From NCBI RefSeq assembly GCF_009914755.1, contig NC_060936.1: 64,000 nucleotides of DNA, one strand, 5' to 3'. Below the pieces are notes generated by a model, which worked only from the letters and a program-made list of their open reading frames with translations, searched no databases and was not told the DNA's origin. How positions within the stretch are numbered: position 1 is the stretch's first letter; each line of letters opens with the position of its first letter. Shown piece after piece: positions 1-17,429 of this stretch. The stretch comes from the human T2T-CHM13v2.0 reference genome, Homo sapiens. Position numbers and translations under genes: made by a program.

Positions 1-390
1 AGTCCTCTCCGATGCTGGTGAAGATGCGAGGAAGCTGGCTAGCAACAGGCTGGAAGATGATGCGCAGTGTGATATTGACATTCTGTAAATCTTTGCTACC
101 AGTGATGATTGGTACATTACGTGGTGGAGAAAGGCAAAGATAATTGGTTTCTGTACCCATGGGATGAGAAAGTGAGTCCCCTACCACAATGTCCTGTCAT
201 TTTTGTCCTGGAATCAGTCAAAGATGACAGCTCTGTGCCCAACATCCACGTTATATAAGGCAGAGTTCACAGGTCTCCTGCAACAGCTAAGGCCAAGCCA
301 AACTTACCGTGGACTCAAACACTTTGGCTGCCATGTTTTCTTCTGTGGGACCCTCTCACACCTGCTTCCACTCTGACCTCCATATGAATC
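1..390 (-). pseudogene. Processed prohibitin (PHB1) pseudogene, 5' part; continues beyond window start
   Basis: The minus strand reads a PHB1-like 5' UTR (GGAGGTCAGAGTGGAAGCAGGTGTGAGAGGGTCC), ATG at 334, then [96 protein letters not shown] across several frameshifts and a CGA>TGA stop. No introns. Confidence 0.95.
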
Positions 391-635
391 AACCAGTTAT
401 TTTTCTATTGTTCTGTCTCCCTCTCCCAGCCTTATAAGAAAAAGTAACTAATTGAAAAGTAACTAATATACTCTGTTCTTTGCTTCTGCTTTCTTTAGCC
501 CTTCTGTCTAACCTCTTCTGCTCAGCTCACTGGAACAATTACTGTATTTTATGGAATGATGTCTTGCTCAATTCCAGAATCATAAAGAAAGCCAATTGAG
601 ATCTTTTAAATTTGCTGTAATTCTGTCCTTTGACA
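391..635 (+). mobile_element. ERV1-type LTR 3' part (MER34/MER39-like), cut by the PHB1 pseudogene
   Basis: Ends ...aaagccaattgagatctttt..aaatttgctgtaattctgtcctttgaCA, typical of this LTR group. Confidence 0.55.
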
Positions 636-969
636 GGTTGTTTGCATTCACCAGAATACTCAGCACTATATACACTATGATCATTTTGGAATTTTTTATC
701 TTACCCTATCTCTGATCAAAATATAAAGATATAGAAATCACAGGCTGGGCGTGGTGGCTCATGCCTGTAATCCCAGCACTTTGGGAGGCTAAGGTGGGCG
801 GATCATGAGGTCAGCAGATCAAGACCATCCTGGTCAACATGGTGAAACCCCGCCTCTACTAAAAATGCAAAAATTGGCCAGGCACGGTGGCTCACGCCTG
901 TAATCCCAGCACTTTGGGAGGCTGAGGCAGGTGGATCACGAGGTCAGGAGATCGAGACCATCCTGGCTA

Positions 970-1266
<297 letters not shown>

Positions 1267-2820
1267 TCAGCATGGAGGTATAGCAGAAAGCAATTGAGTG
1301 AAAGAGGAACAGAAGCAATATCAGGAGTGATCTTTCTTGAATGTAACTAGGATTCCACAAAGAGCTGCTTCATGGTCCCCCGAGGTATAAATTACCCTTT
1401 TGAGAAAAGGCAGCCCTGAATGGTCTCTAATTCATAACTGTGGTTTAGCTTTCTTCCTTCAGGCCTACCAGCTGTTCGAGATGCTCTGTTCTAGAAAGAG
1501 CCTAGAAAAGGGAGAAGGAGAGGGTTGAAGAGTGTTACCTTGAGTAAGAAAGGCAGTAGATAGCATCTAAGGAACTTAGAAACTAACTTGGGACAATAAG
1601 ATGTCATGAACTTCAACTTTCCTATTTGTAACCCTCATTTAGCCTCCACTAAATAAGAATAAGGCATTTGAAACAAAAGCATGCTAACATCCCTGTGTTA
1701 GCTACAGCATGAAAGGGCAACAGCTGAAGAGACTACACTCTACTCTGAGGCCAGCTTCAAAAGAAAAAAAATCTCCAGCAAACAATTGGCCATAACAACT
1801 TTAAGAAAATAGATTGATTTTCTGGGATTTGTGGGAAGGATGTAAGGTCAGATCAGGGAGGAGACCTGGCAAGAAGAGATGGCCCTGTGGTTTTACCATA
1901 AAGCCAGTGATGATACAAGATTTCTGCTACTGAAAAATCTCATTCAACTAAAAAGCAGCATATATGATTTTTAAAATTTGCCTTGCTAATTATTCTATCA
2001 TCCAGAAGGTAGAAGAAATGAGTAGAATTATAATTTGGAACCTAATCTGAATAAGAAGAAACTGATCAGAAAAGAAGTAGTGGATGCCTCAAAAGAAAAC
2101 AACCAAGACAGATAGGCAGGCAGAAGGGCAAGGGGCACAGCTAGATGTAGCAACTAGACTCTGAGAACAGGCTTCAACCAGACCTAAGGCTGAGGTGCTA
2201 AAGACAGGACCGAAGTCTGAGGTGCTAAAAGGGAAGACAACAGGATTGAGGTTCTCAAAAATGAAATTCTGGCAATCTCACATTATTTAACATAGAGGGG
2301 GAAAAAAGAGGGGGCTTATCTAAAGAGACTAGCTGGAAAGCTCACCAATCAACTCAGAATTAGACAGACATACACAATATACATATAAAGAAAGAAACTA
2401 TTTTTAAAAATTGCACTGATGTGTCATCAAGAAGGAAGCTGAAGCTGAAGCCCAGAATGTGCTGAGACTTGCAACAAAGGTAAGGAAGGCACAGGCCCAC
2501 TCTTTGATGTAAAAGGCGTATTACTAATTAATATAAAGCAGAGACAGAACATCTCAATTCCTGTTTTTCCTCTATCTTTTCTGTCAAGAAAAATCATCTT
2601 GAAAGTAGAAAGAAAAGAAGAAATATTAGGAAAAGTGGATTAGTGACCAAGATAAATAAGGAGACTGTCAAAGGGTGCCTATCTCTCTAAATGAATAAAA
2701 AATTCCTGGATGAATTCTACACTAGAGAACTTGAAGAGTCTCTGCAGATGAGACCCATGAGTGACACTGTGGAAACCCAGACAAATCTCATGATTCTAAT
2801 AATCCCAAATATCACATTAG

Positions 2821-3204
<384 letters not shown>

Positions 3205-3280
3205 TGATGTGACGTGCAGGACAAGCAAGACTGAAGAATAGGTTACTAAAAGAATAGTTCATTAAAAAAACTAGTATTGG

Positions 3281-3429
3281 CATTAGGAGATATACCTAAT
3301 GCTAAATGACGACTTAATGGGTGCAGCACACCAGCATGGCACTTGTATACATATGTAACAACCTGCACATTGTGCACATGTACCCTAAAACTTAAAGTAT
3401 AATAATAAAAAAAAAAAAACAAAAAAAAC
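3281..3429 (+). mobile_element. Young, severely 5'-truncated L1PA 3' end (L1PA2/3-like) with poly(A)
   Basis: cattaggagatatacctaatgctaaatgacg...taccctaaaacttaaagtataataat(A)n; TSD AAACTAGTATTGG at 3268-3280 and 3430-3442. Confidence 0.92.
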
Positions 3430-3444
3430 AAACTAGTATTGGGA

Positions 3445-4150
3445 ACATCTAGAAACCATAACCAAACTCCATTTTCCTTTTTTTATATGGTTAGGCCAGC
3501 AAATGCTAGAGGCATAAATATAGTATCTGGATTTCAGCAAGGCATAAAATAAAGTCTCTCTTGATATCACTGTGCAAGGTGAAAAAATATGAATTTTTTA
3601 ACTTAAAAGTTAAGTGGCTTCACAGACAACTATACAACTGTACCTAAAGAGTGCAGATAAATCTGGAAGAAGGCTCAGTAGTATGCAACAGGGGCCCAGA
3701 GCAACCTGTCCTTTGTAACATTTTTTTATAAATGACTTGGATGAGAATATGGAAAGGAGGACGATCAAATGTGCAAATGACAGGTATCTGGGATGGGAAA
3801 AGTAAATACCCTGTATGACATAATCAACTTTTTAAGTAATTCTAAGTGGCTGGAACAGGAGGCTAAATTTAAGGGGATCATATTTAATAAGGATAAATAT
3901 AAAGTCATAAGCTTAGAACAAAAAAATCAACAATAACAACAAAATGGCACAGGACAGTGAGAAACAACTAGGCTTTTAAAAAAGTCTATTTCAAAGAGAC
4001 ATACAGCCTGTTACAGCTGCCAAAATCACTGGTATCAGGTTTCATTAAAAACAAAGTCTGAATGAAGAAAATGTCATTCTCTATGCAAATCAGACTACAT
4101 TTGAATATACTTAGTTCTGAGTGTACAAATTTGAGAGGACTTAAAAAATC
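3445..4150 (+). mobile_element. Ancient CR1/L3 LINE, reverse-transcriptase region (probably extends ~2400-4560)
   Basis: Degenerate RT motifs: YLDFSKA (3524-3544), FINDLDE (3725-3745), then a KFADD-like aaatgtgcaaatgac. Confidence 0.7.
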
Positions 4151-4301
4151 TAAGGAGAGGCCAGGCACGGTAGCTCATGCCTGTAATCCCAGCACTTTGG
4201 GAGGCTGAGGTGGGCGGATCACGAGGTCAGGAGTTTGAGACCAGCCCGGCCAACATGGTGAAACCCCATCTCTACTAAAAATACAAAAAATTAGCTGGTC
4301 A

Positions 4302-4439
<138 letters not shown>

Positions 4440-4920
4440 TCAAAAAAAAAAAAAAAATCTAAGGAGAGAGATAAGAATAAGTGAGGTGACCTAAAGTCAT
4501 GTCACATGTAGAGTAACTAAAGGGAAAGAGGATCGCTGAAGCAAAGAAGTCTTTTTAGTTCTGTTCTGTAAAGAGATTTCAATAGCTCAGGGTTGGATGA
4601 GTTGACCTCTTTAAGAGGGCCTCCTAATCAGTTCTATGATTTTATTATTCTAAAAAGACTAAATGTTGTGAGACTGTTCAGGTATTAGAAGCTGCACTGG
4701 AAGGAAAATGGGCACTGGGAATCTTTTTGGCAGGATAAAAATGTTCTAAAACTGGGGGAAAAAAAAAAAGCAGCAGCAGCTTCATTGGGGCCAGGCACAG
4801 TGGCTCACACCTACAATCCCAGCAATTTGGGAGGCTGAGGCAGGAGGACTGCTTGAGACCAGTAGTTTGAGACCAGCCTGGGTAAAAAATAAGACCCCAT
4901 CTCTACAAAAAAAATTGTTA

Positions 4921-5061
<141 letters not shown>

Positions 5062-5987
5062 TCACAAAAAACCTACAAACAGAAAAATAACATTAAAAAA
5101 AGAAGCTGTTGGCCGGGCGCAGTGGCTCACGCCTATAATCCCAGCACTTTGGGAGAACGAGGCGGGTGGATCACCTGAGGTCAGGAGTTCAAGTCCAGCC
5201 TGGCCAACATGGTGAAACCCCGTCTCTCCTAAAAATACAAAAATTAGCTGGGCATAGTGGTGTGCGTCTGTGATCTCAGCTACTCAGGAGGCTGAGGCAG
5301 GAGAATCGCTTGAACCTGGGAGGCAGAGGCTGTAGCGAGCCAAGATCATGCTACTACACTCCAGCCTGGGTGATAGAACGAGACTCCGTCTCAAAAAAAA
5401 AAAGAAGCTGCATTGGACTGTGTTTAGGGATCCTATTTATTATTAGAAAATGCTAACTGGCATATAGTGTCCTCTGATAGGAAATACCACCAGTTCACTG
5501 CTATTACAAAGTCCAAAGCATATTTTCCATCTGCTATAGAAGGCAGAGCCAAATGATAACTATAAAAGCCTATATACTGGCTAAACTAACTGGCTTATAA
5601 ATCTGTCTATACTTAAAAAAAAACTGGCCAGGCACGATGGCTCACGCCTGTATTCCTAGTACTTTGGGAAGCCGAGGCAGGTGAATCACCTGAGGTCAGG
5701 AGTTTAAGACCAGCCTGGCCAACATGGCAAAACCCCATCTCTACTGAAAATATAAAAACTAGCCGGGCATGGTGGCAGGTGCCTGTAATCCCAGCTACTC
5801 GAGAGGCTGAGGCAGGAGAATCATTTGAACCCCGGGAGGCAGGGGTTGCAGTGAGCCGAGATTGCGCCACTGCACTCCAGCCTGGGTGACAGAATGAGAC
5901 TCCATCTCAAAAAAAAAAATTATTTGTACATTTGTGTACTTGCCTTGACAAAACAAGGACTAGACGCAGTTCGGGCGCGGTGGCTCA

Positions 5988-6297
<310 letters not shown>

Positions 6298-7114
6298 TTA
6301 AAGGTATAGATAACATCTAGGCATACTAAATCTTCTGTATACCAAATATAACAGGCCCATCGGTATAGTTTTTTTCTATCATAAACAATTCCTAAAAATG
6401 GTATTCTTGGTTGAAGTTAAGATATAAAAGGTTTTCAGTTCTCAGAGAATGTCTACATCTTATGAACATCCACTTGGCCAAAGATGAACTATGCTCTCAG
6501 TATAATGAATGATACTCTCAGATCTTCTAAACTGTCTATGAACAAGCTGAGTAAAATATGTATTTCCTGAAATACCAATAACTCCCTTTAAAAATAATTT
6601 TTTTCACTCAAGGTGGCCTTGAATAACTCCTCTTTTGAAAAGAAAACTTCAGTCATTCAAAGATTTATTACCTACTAAGTACCAGCTACTATTCTAAGTT
6701 TGAAAAACCACACACTGATTTTTAAAAATAAAATTATTTTATTTTCCTTCTTTCCTCTCCTTTTTCTGTTCTTTTGGTCTTCAGTGTTTCAGCAGCAGTA
6801 AATAATTGGTATATCTTTTTAAGTTCTTACTACTTATTTAAACACAAAGTTTATGACATCATCTATTCTCTATTTTGTACTCACTTCTCCCTAACCAATT
6901 TACAACTAAGTTATTTTTCATTTATGCCTAACTTTCAGCTAAACACTTGCTAGACAGTTCCTATCTAACTGTAATAGAACAAATGCTAAAATAGAGGAAC
7001 AACTGCTTGTGGGGGAAATGAAATAAATGAAGTCTAAATAATCCAAATGTAGTCTTAAGTTTTAAACATCATAAAAACCACTCGAGATTTCATCACTAGG
7101 CTGCTAAATGTGCC

Positions 7115-7950
<836 letters not shown>

Positions 7951-8297
7951 GCTTCTAAAAAATTTCTTTGTTCTAAAACAAAACTTAATAGTAATGGTGA
8001 ATATGCAAAGGAAAATATTAAGTCAACCTTAATTAGAACAGTTCTACTAAAAAAAAAAAGGTACATTCCAAAAGCCATTGTATGACATTTAAGAAAAAAT
8101 AACAGAGCACAAAACCACCTCAGATTACAATATAACTCATCTGAACTTAAATTACCCTTTAAAACAAGTTAATGCTATAAAACCTTTTACTACACTGCCA
8201 ATAAAATATACCTATTTTCACTCTCTCTTTTTTTTTTCAGACGGTCTTGCTCTGTTGCCCAGGTGGGGTACAGTGGCGTAATCACCACTCACTGTAG

Positions 8298-8399
<102 letters not shown>

Positions 8400-8619
8400 T
8401 AGAGATGAGGCCTTGCGATGCTGCCCAGACTGAGACTGGTCTCAAATTCCTGGGCTCAAGCAATCTGCCGCCTTGGCCCCACAAAGTGCTGGGATTACAG
8501 GCGTGAGTCATCATGCCCAGCCTTTGTTTTCACTCTTTGGGTAAAGAAACAGTGTTGGCTGGGCACAGTGGCTCACGCCTGTAATCCCAGCACTTTGGGA
8601 GGCTGAGGCGGGCAGATCA

Positions 8620-8937
<318 letters not shown>

Positions 8938-9270
8938 CTAAGAAACAGAGAAAAAAGGAGAAAATAAATGTGTGTAACAATCAGTGTAGCCCCATTAAAG
9001 GAATGATGGGATGACTATCTTCTTTCCTCCATCTTGTCACATGTTCTTTAGTTTTGTGGTTTTCAACATCTTGAAACACCATTCGTATTAGGTAAGCCAT
9101 TTTATATTCAGACCCAGTACACACATACATATGTTTGTGCGTCTACAGAACTGAAAAGTTTCACGAAACAATACTTACTAATTTTGGTATTTTTTCTTTT
9201 TTCTTTCTTTTTTGAGACAAGGTCTGGCTCTATTGCCCAGGCTGGAGTCCGGTGGTGCAATCTTGGCTGA

Positions 9271-9375
<105 letters not shown>

Positions 9376-10053
9376 TAGTAGAAATGGGGTCTCACCATGT
9401 TGCCCACGCTGGTCTTAAACTTGTGAGCTCAAGCGATCCGCCAGCCTCAGCCTCCCAAACTCCTGGAATTACAGGCATGAGCCACCCCGCCTGGCCTTGG
9501 TATTTTCTATTTGACCTCATTTTAAATTTTTACTACAACCTGAAGTTTGGAAAAAATACTGTTCTAGTCTTTTGTGCCCCTTAGAACTTTGTACCAATTA
9601 AATCAAGTTTATTTACAGTTCCTTTAACAGTATTTTAAAAACAAACATAATAAAAGACAAGTCTAAAAGATCATACTGTAATTCAGCTACTTAAGTACAG
9701 GAATAATATCTACTTAAATAGATAATCAAACAAATACAGGTTGGGCACTGTGCCTCATGCCTATAATCCCAGCACTTGGGAGGCCAAGGCAGGAGGATCA
9801 CTTGAGCCCTGGGGTTCAAAACCAGTCTGGGCAACATAGTGGGACCTTGTCTCTAAAAAAAATTTTAAAAATTAGCCAGGCATAGTGGTGTGCACCTGTA
9901 GTCCCAGCTACTCAGGAGGCTGAGGTGGGAGGATCACTTGAGCCCTGGAGGTTGAGGCTGCAGTGAGCCGTGACTGTGCCACGGCATTCCAGCCTGGGCA
10001 ACAGAGTGAGACTGTCTCAAAAAGAAAAAAAAAAACAAAAAACCTACAATTCA

Positions 10054-10383
<330 letters not shown>

Positions 10384-11054
10384 TCAGAAAGTATTTAGAA
10401 ATAAAATAGTTTTCAAGTCATCTTCTGCTGTATTTGTATATTATATTACTAAATTCAAGTCAGGTCTGTATGAAAGGCATATAAATAGCAGTGGCTCTCA
10501 ATCTTAGCAGCTGAACATCAGAATCACCTGGGGAGCTTTAGGCCATATCCCATGTCAACTAAATCCAAATGAGGAGGAGGGATTGGTGAGCTTAATTACT
10601 CAGTGCTATGTATTAATAAACTAAGATAATGAATGGATTTGATCTCTATGTCATCTAGGATGACCATCTTTTTATAGCAAGACTTGACTTTACAGAGGTC
10701 CTCAGTGAGCTATCTTGAAACATTACCACAAAGGGTGAGGGAATTTGTTCCGGTCTACACATACTCATCACCACTACTGGGGTGAAAACACTCAGTCTGA
10801 CACTGTCTCAGTAAATCCCTTCAAACCTTTTTTTCTTTTTTGAATTCATCAAATAGTCTTTGAGCACTTGCTATGTTCTAGGCCCTGTTTTAGGTAGCAG
10901 GAATATAGCAATAAACAAGTTAAAGAAGGTTCCCTGGCCGGGCGCGGTGGCTCATGCCTGTAATCCCAACACTTTGGGAGGCTGAGGTGGGCGGATCATG
11001 TGGTCAGGAGTTCGAGACCAGCCTGGCCAACATAGTGAAACCCCGTCTCTACTA

Positions 11055-11290
<236 letters not shown>

Positions 11291-11354
11291 TCACAGCAAT
11301 ACCATACTAAATTATTCTGCAAACCCCTCATGTTTTCTTCCTCTCCAGTCTTTA

Positions 11355-11401
11355 CAGTATTACTGATAATAAAGGAAGCAGTATTACTGATAATAAAGGA
11401 A
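11355..11401. repeat. Perfect tandem duplication of 23 nt (period 24)
   Basis: CAGTATTACTGATAATAAAGGAA-G-CAGTATTACTGATAATAAAGGAA. Confidence 0.95.
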
Positions 11402-13104
11402 TTATTTTAAAACATATAGTAAAAATGATGTAACTTGAAAGGGCCTAGTATGTTTATAGCAGGTGTTTTATGCAACTGCCCTGAGTAGCTTACCTGTATT
11501 CCCCTCCAGTTTCAAAGCAGGAACATGGAAACACAAGTGAGCAGTAGATAAAAACTACACCATAGGCTGGGCACAGTGGTTCACGCCTATAATCCCAGCA
11601 CTTTGGGAGGCCAAGGCAAGTCGATCACTTGAGGTCAGGAGTTTGAAACTAGTCTAGCTGACATGGTAAAACCCCATCTCTACTAAAAGTATAAAAAATA
11701 ATTAGCCGGCATGGTGGCATGCACCTGTAGCCCGTAGTCCCAGCTAGTTGAGAGGCTGAGGCAGGAGAATTGCTTGAACCCAGAAGAGGAGGTTGCAGTG
11801 AGCTGACACTATGCCACTGCATTTCAGCCCGGACGACAGAGGAGACTCTGTCTCAAAAACAAACAGCAACAAAAAAAACTATACCATATCTGGATTTTAT
11901 GCTGTCCCTGAGAGAGATACCTGTCATTTGATAGTCTTTCTCTGGGAATACTGGTTCTGGAACTGTTTCCCACATGTCAAAACTGGGCTTAATGTTCTTT
12001 AAGCACTTTAAGAAGTGCTTCTGGACTACAAATCTATTTCTTCAGCACGATTATGAGATCAGTTTAGATCACTTGCGAGATACCAGATGTACATTTCATT
12101 ATGTACATCTCAAAGTTTACCAAAAAATGGAGCTGATTTCCCTTTTTTTGCCTCAAGTCTTTCAGTCTCTCACATTTCCACTCTGCTGAATTATTTGCCA
12201 ACTACCAATTATTTATACCTACCAGAAATGTGCTTTTATTTTCCTTTAGCTTATAAAGTCACTAAACACATCTAATTTTTGCTAACCTTATTTATTTTGG
12301 AAGCTGAAAAGTATCTGTGTCAGATACAAATTTACTTCCAGGGAGCTTGTAAGATATTAAAAGTTTAATCAAAGAAATCTGAATCAGCAAAGCCCTACCT
12401 CAGGAGATTTACTAGATATAGGCCTACCTTCTTAGTTTTTTTCATACATTATAGGATTAGCATTTACCAGCCTACAGATCTCATTAAAACACTGCTAATT
12501 GAAAACATCACCTGTGGCATCATTAGTACTAGGCTCTTTTATTAAATTTCTGAAATCACTGACTCTTTCCAGTTAGGCAAAAAATGGCAACTCGCAGCAA
12601 TATTCATAGGCTATATGTTGAAGGGAATCTGACTATTTTGATACAGAAAATAGAACTCCCATTTCAGTATTCAAAGATCAAATGTATATCATCATAGTAT
12701 GGCATAACTGGGAAAACACCAACAGTTTTGTTTTGTTTTGTTTTCTTGGGACTAAGGGAATCCACACTTAGCCCTTTATAGTGCTGAGCCTCAAAGCTTC
12801 TTTTCCGATCCAAAATGTCTACCAGCTCATGCTTTCTTCCCCCTTGCAGTCAGGCTTCCATCTTCACTGGCAAGCATCACTATTACCTCTCTATACTTGA
12901 GAGTTCTTATGTCTTGCTCATCCTGTACTCCCTACCATGCCTGGCTTCAAAGTAGGACAATCTCTCTAGTCCCTCATTCCTCCCCTTAATGAAAGGCAAG
13001 CACAGACACTTTTCTGTGTATTTATTTATTTTCTATTTTTCTCTGTGTGTGTTTTGTTTGTTTGTTTTTTGAGATGGAGTAGCACTCTGTCGCCCAGGCT
13101 GTAG

Positions 13105-13206
<102 letters not shown>

Positions 13207-13591
13207 TAATCCCATGTAAACCATGCCTGGCTAATTTTTGTATTTTTAGTAGAAATGGGGTTTCACCACATTGGCCAAGCTGGTCTCAAACTCCTGGCCT
13301 TAAGTGATCCAACCGCCTCGGCCTCCCAAATTGTTGGGATTACAGGTGTGAACCACCGTGCCTGGCCTAGTTTTCTGTGTTTTAAGGCTTTAATTGCCGA
13401 TGACTTTCAGGAAAATCCTGAAAGTACCAGAATAGTTAGTCCTATGAAATGGTAAATAGGCTCTAACCATCTCTCCTCTTTTATGCTAAAAGTGATAGGA
13501 CTTACGAACATTTCTCCTCCTTCAGACCACATTTCTTTTTTCTTTTGAGACCAAGTTTCGCTCTGTTGCCCAGGCTGGAGTGCAATGGTGA

Positions 13592-13912
<321 letters not shown>

Positions 13913-15652
13913 TAACCAGTTAGACCTGATGATGCAATCAAAGCAGAAATGTTATTTGCCCCTTGTCTTTTATAGACAGAGAGTAAATTTGTATTTCTAA
14001 GGATATGCAGAGCAGAAGACACCCAGTTTACTAAGCCTCAACCCTCCTCAGGCATGATAACTAGCTTTTTATCATTATCCTCTAACCTGCAGCCAGAGTA
14101 ACTTTTTAAAAAGGTAAATCTAGAAATGTCCCTTCTCTGTTTATAAAGCTTCAGTGGTTTCCCAACGCAATCATGATAAAGTGCTAACTCTTCAACATGG
14201 CTCCCAAAACTCTTCAAAACTGGGCCCAGTTTACCTTTTCAGTCTCATCTCTCACCATACTTCCCATCTCTCTTTTCCCTTTATCTACATATGTATAGTG
14301 AGACGGCGTCTTGCTCTGTTGCCCAGGCTGGAGAGCAGTGGCGTGATCATAGCTCACTGCAAGTCTCAAACTCCTGGGCCCAATCAATCCACCCACCTCA
14401 GCCTCAGCCTCCCAAGTAGCTAGGACTATAGGCACACACCACCACACCTGGCTCATCTTTTAATTTTTTGTACAGACAGGGCCTCACTATGTTGCCCAGA
14501 CTGGTGCTGAACTCCTGGCCTCTCAGGATCCTCCTGCCTCAGCCTCCTAAAGTGCTGACATGACAGACAGGAGACACTGCACCTGGCCTCTTTGACTTTT
14601 TTAAAAGATTCAGCAGACAAACTGCAGTTCTTTCCCTTGCCCCCAGGCCTTGGGGTCCACCTGCTCTCTTCTACCTCAATTGCTATGATTCATTTTTTGC
14701 ACATAAATTTCCATTTAATTCATACAATAATGCTGTGAGGTAGGAGGAATTGTCTCCTCCTCACCATTTTCCAACTGAAGGAACTGAGGCTACAGTAATT
14801 AGAAATGTTAAATGATGTGCCCAAGGTTACACAGCTATTAAATACTGGATTTACAAATGAGTTTATTCATTCATTCAATAAATACATTATGAACACTGAT
14901 ATGCCTGGAACTATTTCAGGCAGTAGGGAAATAGTAAGCAAATAAACTCATTTTATCCAAGTTTTATCCTTGTTTATCAACACTCAATGCCTCATATTAA
15001 GTAGCAACTGTTCAAAACATTCCTGAGGGGAAAAATAAATAATCAAAAGCTCCCACTGATGCTCCAAAGATATTTCTAAAGGTGTTGCACTCTAACACTT
15101 ATGCATGGATATTTGCACAACTCATACTAATAAAATGATAGTATTGATTAACTATGATTTCACTAAAAGAACCTGAAAAGGACTCAAAGGCCAGGCATGG
15201 TGGCTCCCATTTATAATCCCAATACTTTGGGAGGCTGAGGCGGAGGATCACTTGAGCCCAGTAATTCAACACCAGCCTGAGTAATATAGTGAGACTCTGT
15301 CTTTCTTCCTTTTTTCTTCCTTCCTTCTTTTCTATCTTTCTTTTCTTTTTCTTTTTTTTTTTTTTTTTTTTTTGTAGAGGTGGGGTCTCAAAATGTTGCC
15401 CCGGCTAGTCTCAAAATCCTGGGCTCAAGTGATCCTCCCACCTCAGCCTCCCAAAGTGCTGGGATTATAGGTGTGAGCCACTGCACCTCGGCCCTCCCTT
15501 CTTTCCTTCATTTTTTAGAGACAGGGTCTTACACTGTCACCCAGGCTGGAGTGTAGTGGTGCTATCATAGCTCACTGCCACCTCAAACTCCTAGGCTCAA
15601 GGGATCCTCCTGCCATAGCCTCCTGAATAGCTGGGACCACAGAGACACACTA

Positions 15653-16072
<420 letters not shown>

Positions 16073-16589
16073 CTAAGCAATCCTCTCACCTCAGCCTCCT
16101 GAGTAGCTGGGACCAAAAAAAAAAGCAGGGGGAAGTGGGGGAAGAACTAAAAGATTCTGCAATATAGCTGATCTTTCTGCCCAGAAGGCTAAATAAATTT
16201 CCAGATTTCTGTGTGGTTCTTTTTATTATTTAGGTCTGTGTTCAAGTGTGTACCTCTGCAGAGAGACATTCACTCATCATTCTACCTAAAGAAGACTCCA
16301 TATATTTTCATTATGGCACTTCTTTCTGAAATTTCCTTATCTATCTGTTTATAGTTTCTTCTCTGTACTTCTTCCATAGGAATGCAAGCTCTACTCTTGC
16401 AAGGATCTTCTTTGTCTTGTCACCCTATTATCAACAAGACCTGGCCATCCTAGGTACTTAATAAACACTATTTTTTTAAATAACTAAAATAATAAGAATA
16501 TGCCCATATAAAAAATAGGGGTCTTTAGCTGGGCAGGGTGGCTCACACTTGTAATCCCAGCACTTTGGGAGGCCGATGTGGGCAGATCA

Positions 16590-16891
<302 letters not shown>

Positions 16892-17112
16892 TCACGAGGT
16901 CAGGAGTTTGAGACCAGCCTGACTGACACGGTGAAACCCCGTCTCTACTAAAAATACAAAAATTAGCCAGGCGTGGTGGTGCACACCTGTAATCCCAGCT
17001 ACTCAGGAGGCTGAAGCAGAAGAACTGCTTGAAATTCCCAAGGCGGAGATTGCAGTGAGCCGAGATTGTGCCACGGCACTCCAGCCTGGGTGACAGAGCA
17101 AGACTCTGTCGC

Positions 17113-17143
<31 letters not shown>

Positions 17144-17429
17144 TTATAATTAGGCTACTTGGCAAACATGATTGGGATATACTGTGGATGAATAGTCAAG
17201 ACAATGCTGCTACCATTTATTATCAAATCTGTATTGAGTACCTGGCTGTCTATGATCCCTGTGAAGATCTCCTGAATATTCTTCTTTACGGGTCTGCATG
17301 TTACTGCAATTACTTCTTCATGTACAATTTAATTAATTAAATCTCTCATACATTTTTAAGCATCTTCTTTCCCTACCAAACCTACAAACCTATATGCCCT
17401 TGAAACCATCTTCTCTTTTGCTCCTGATG

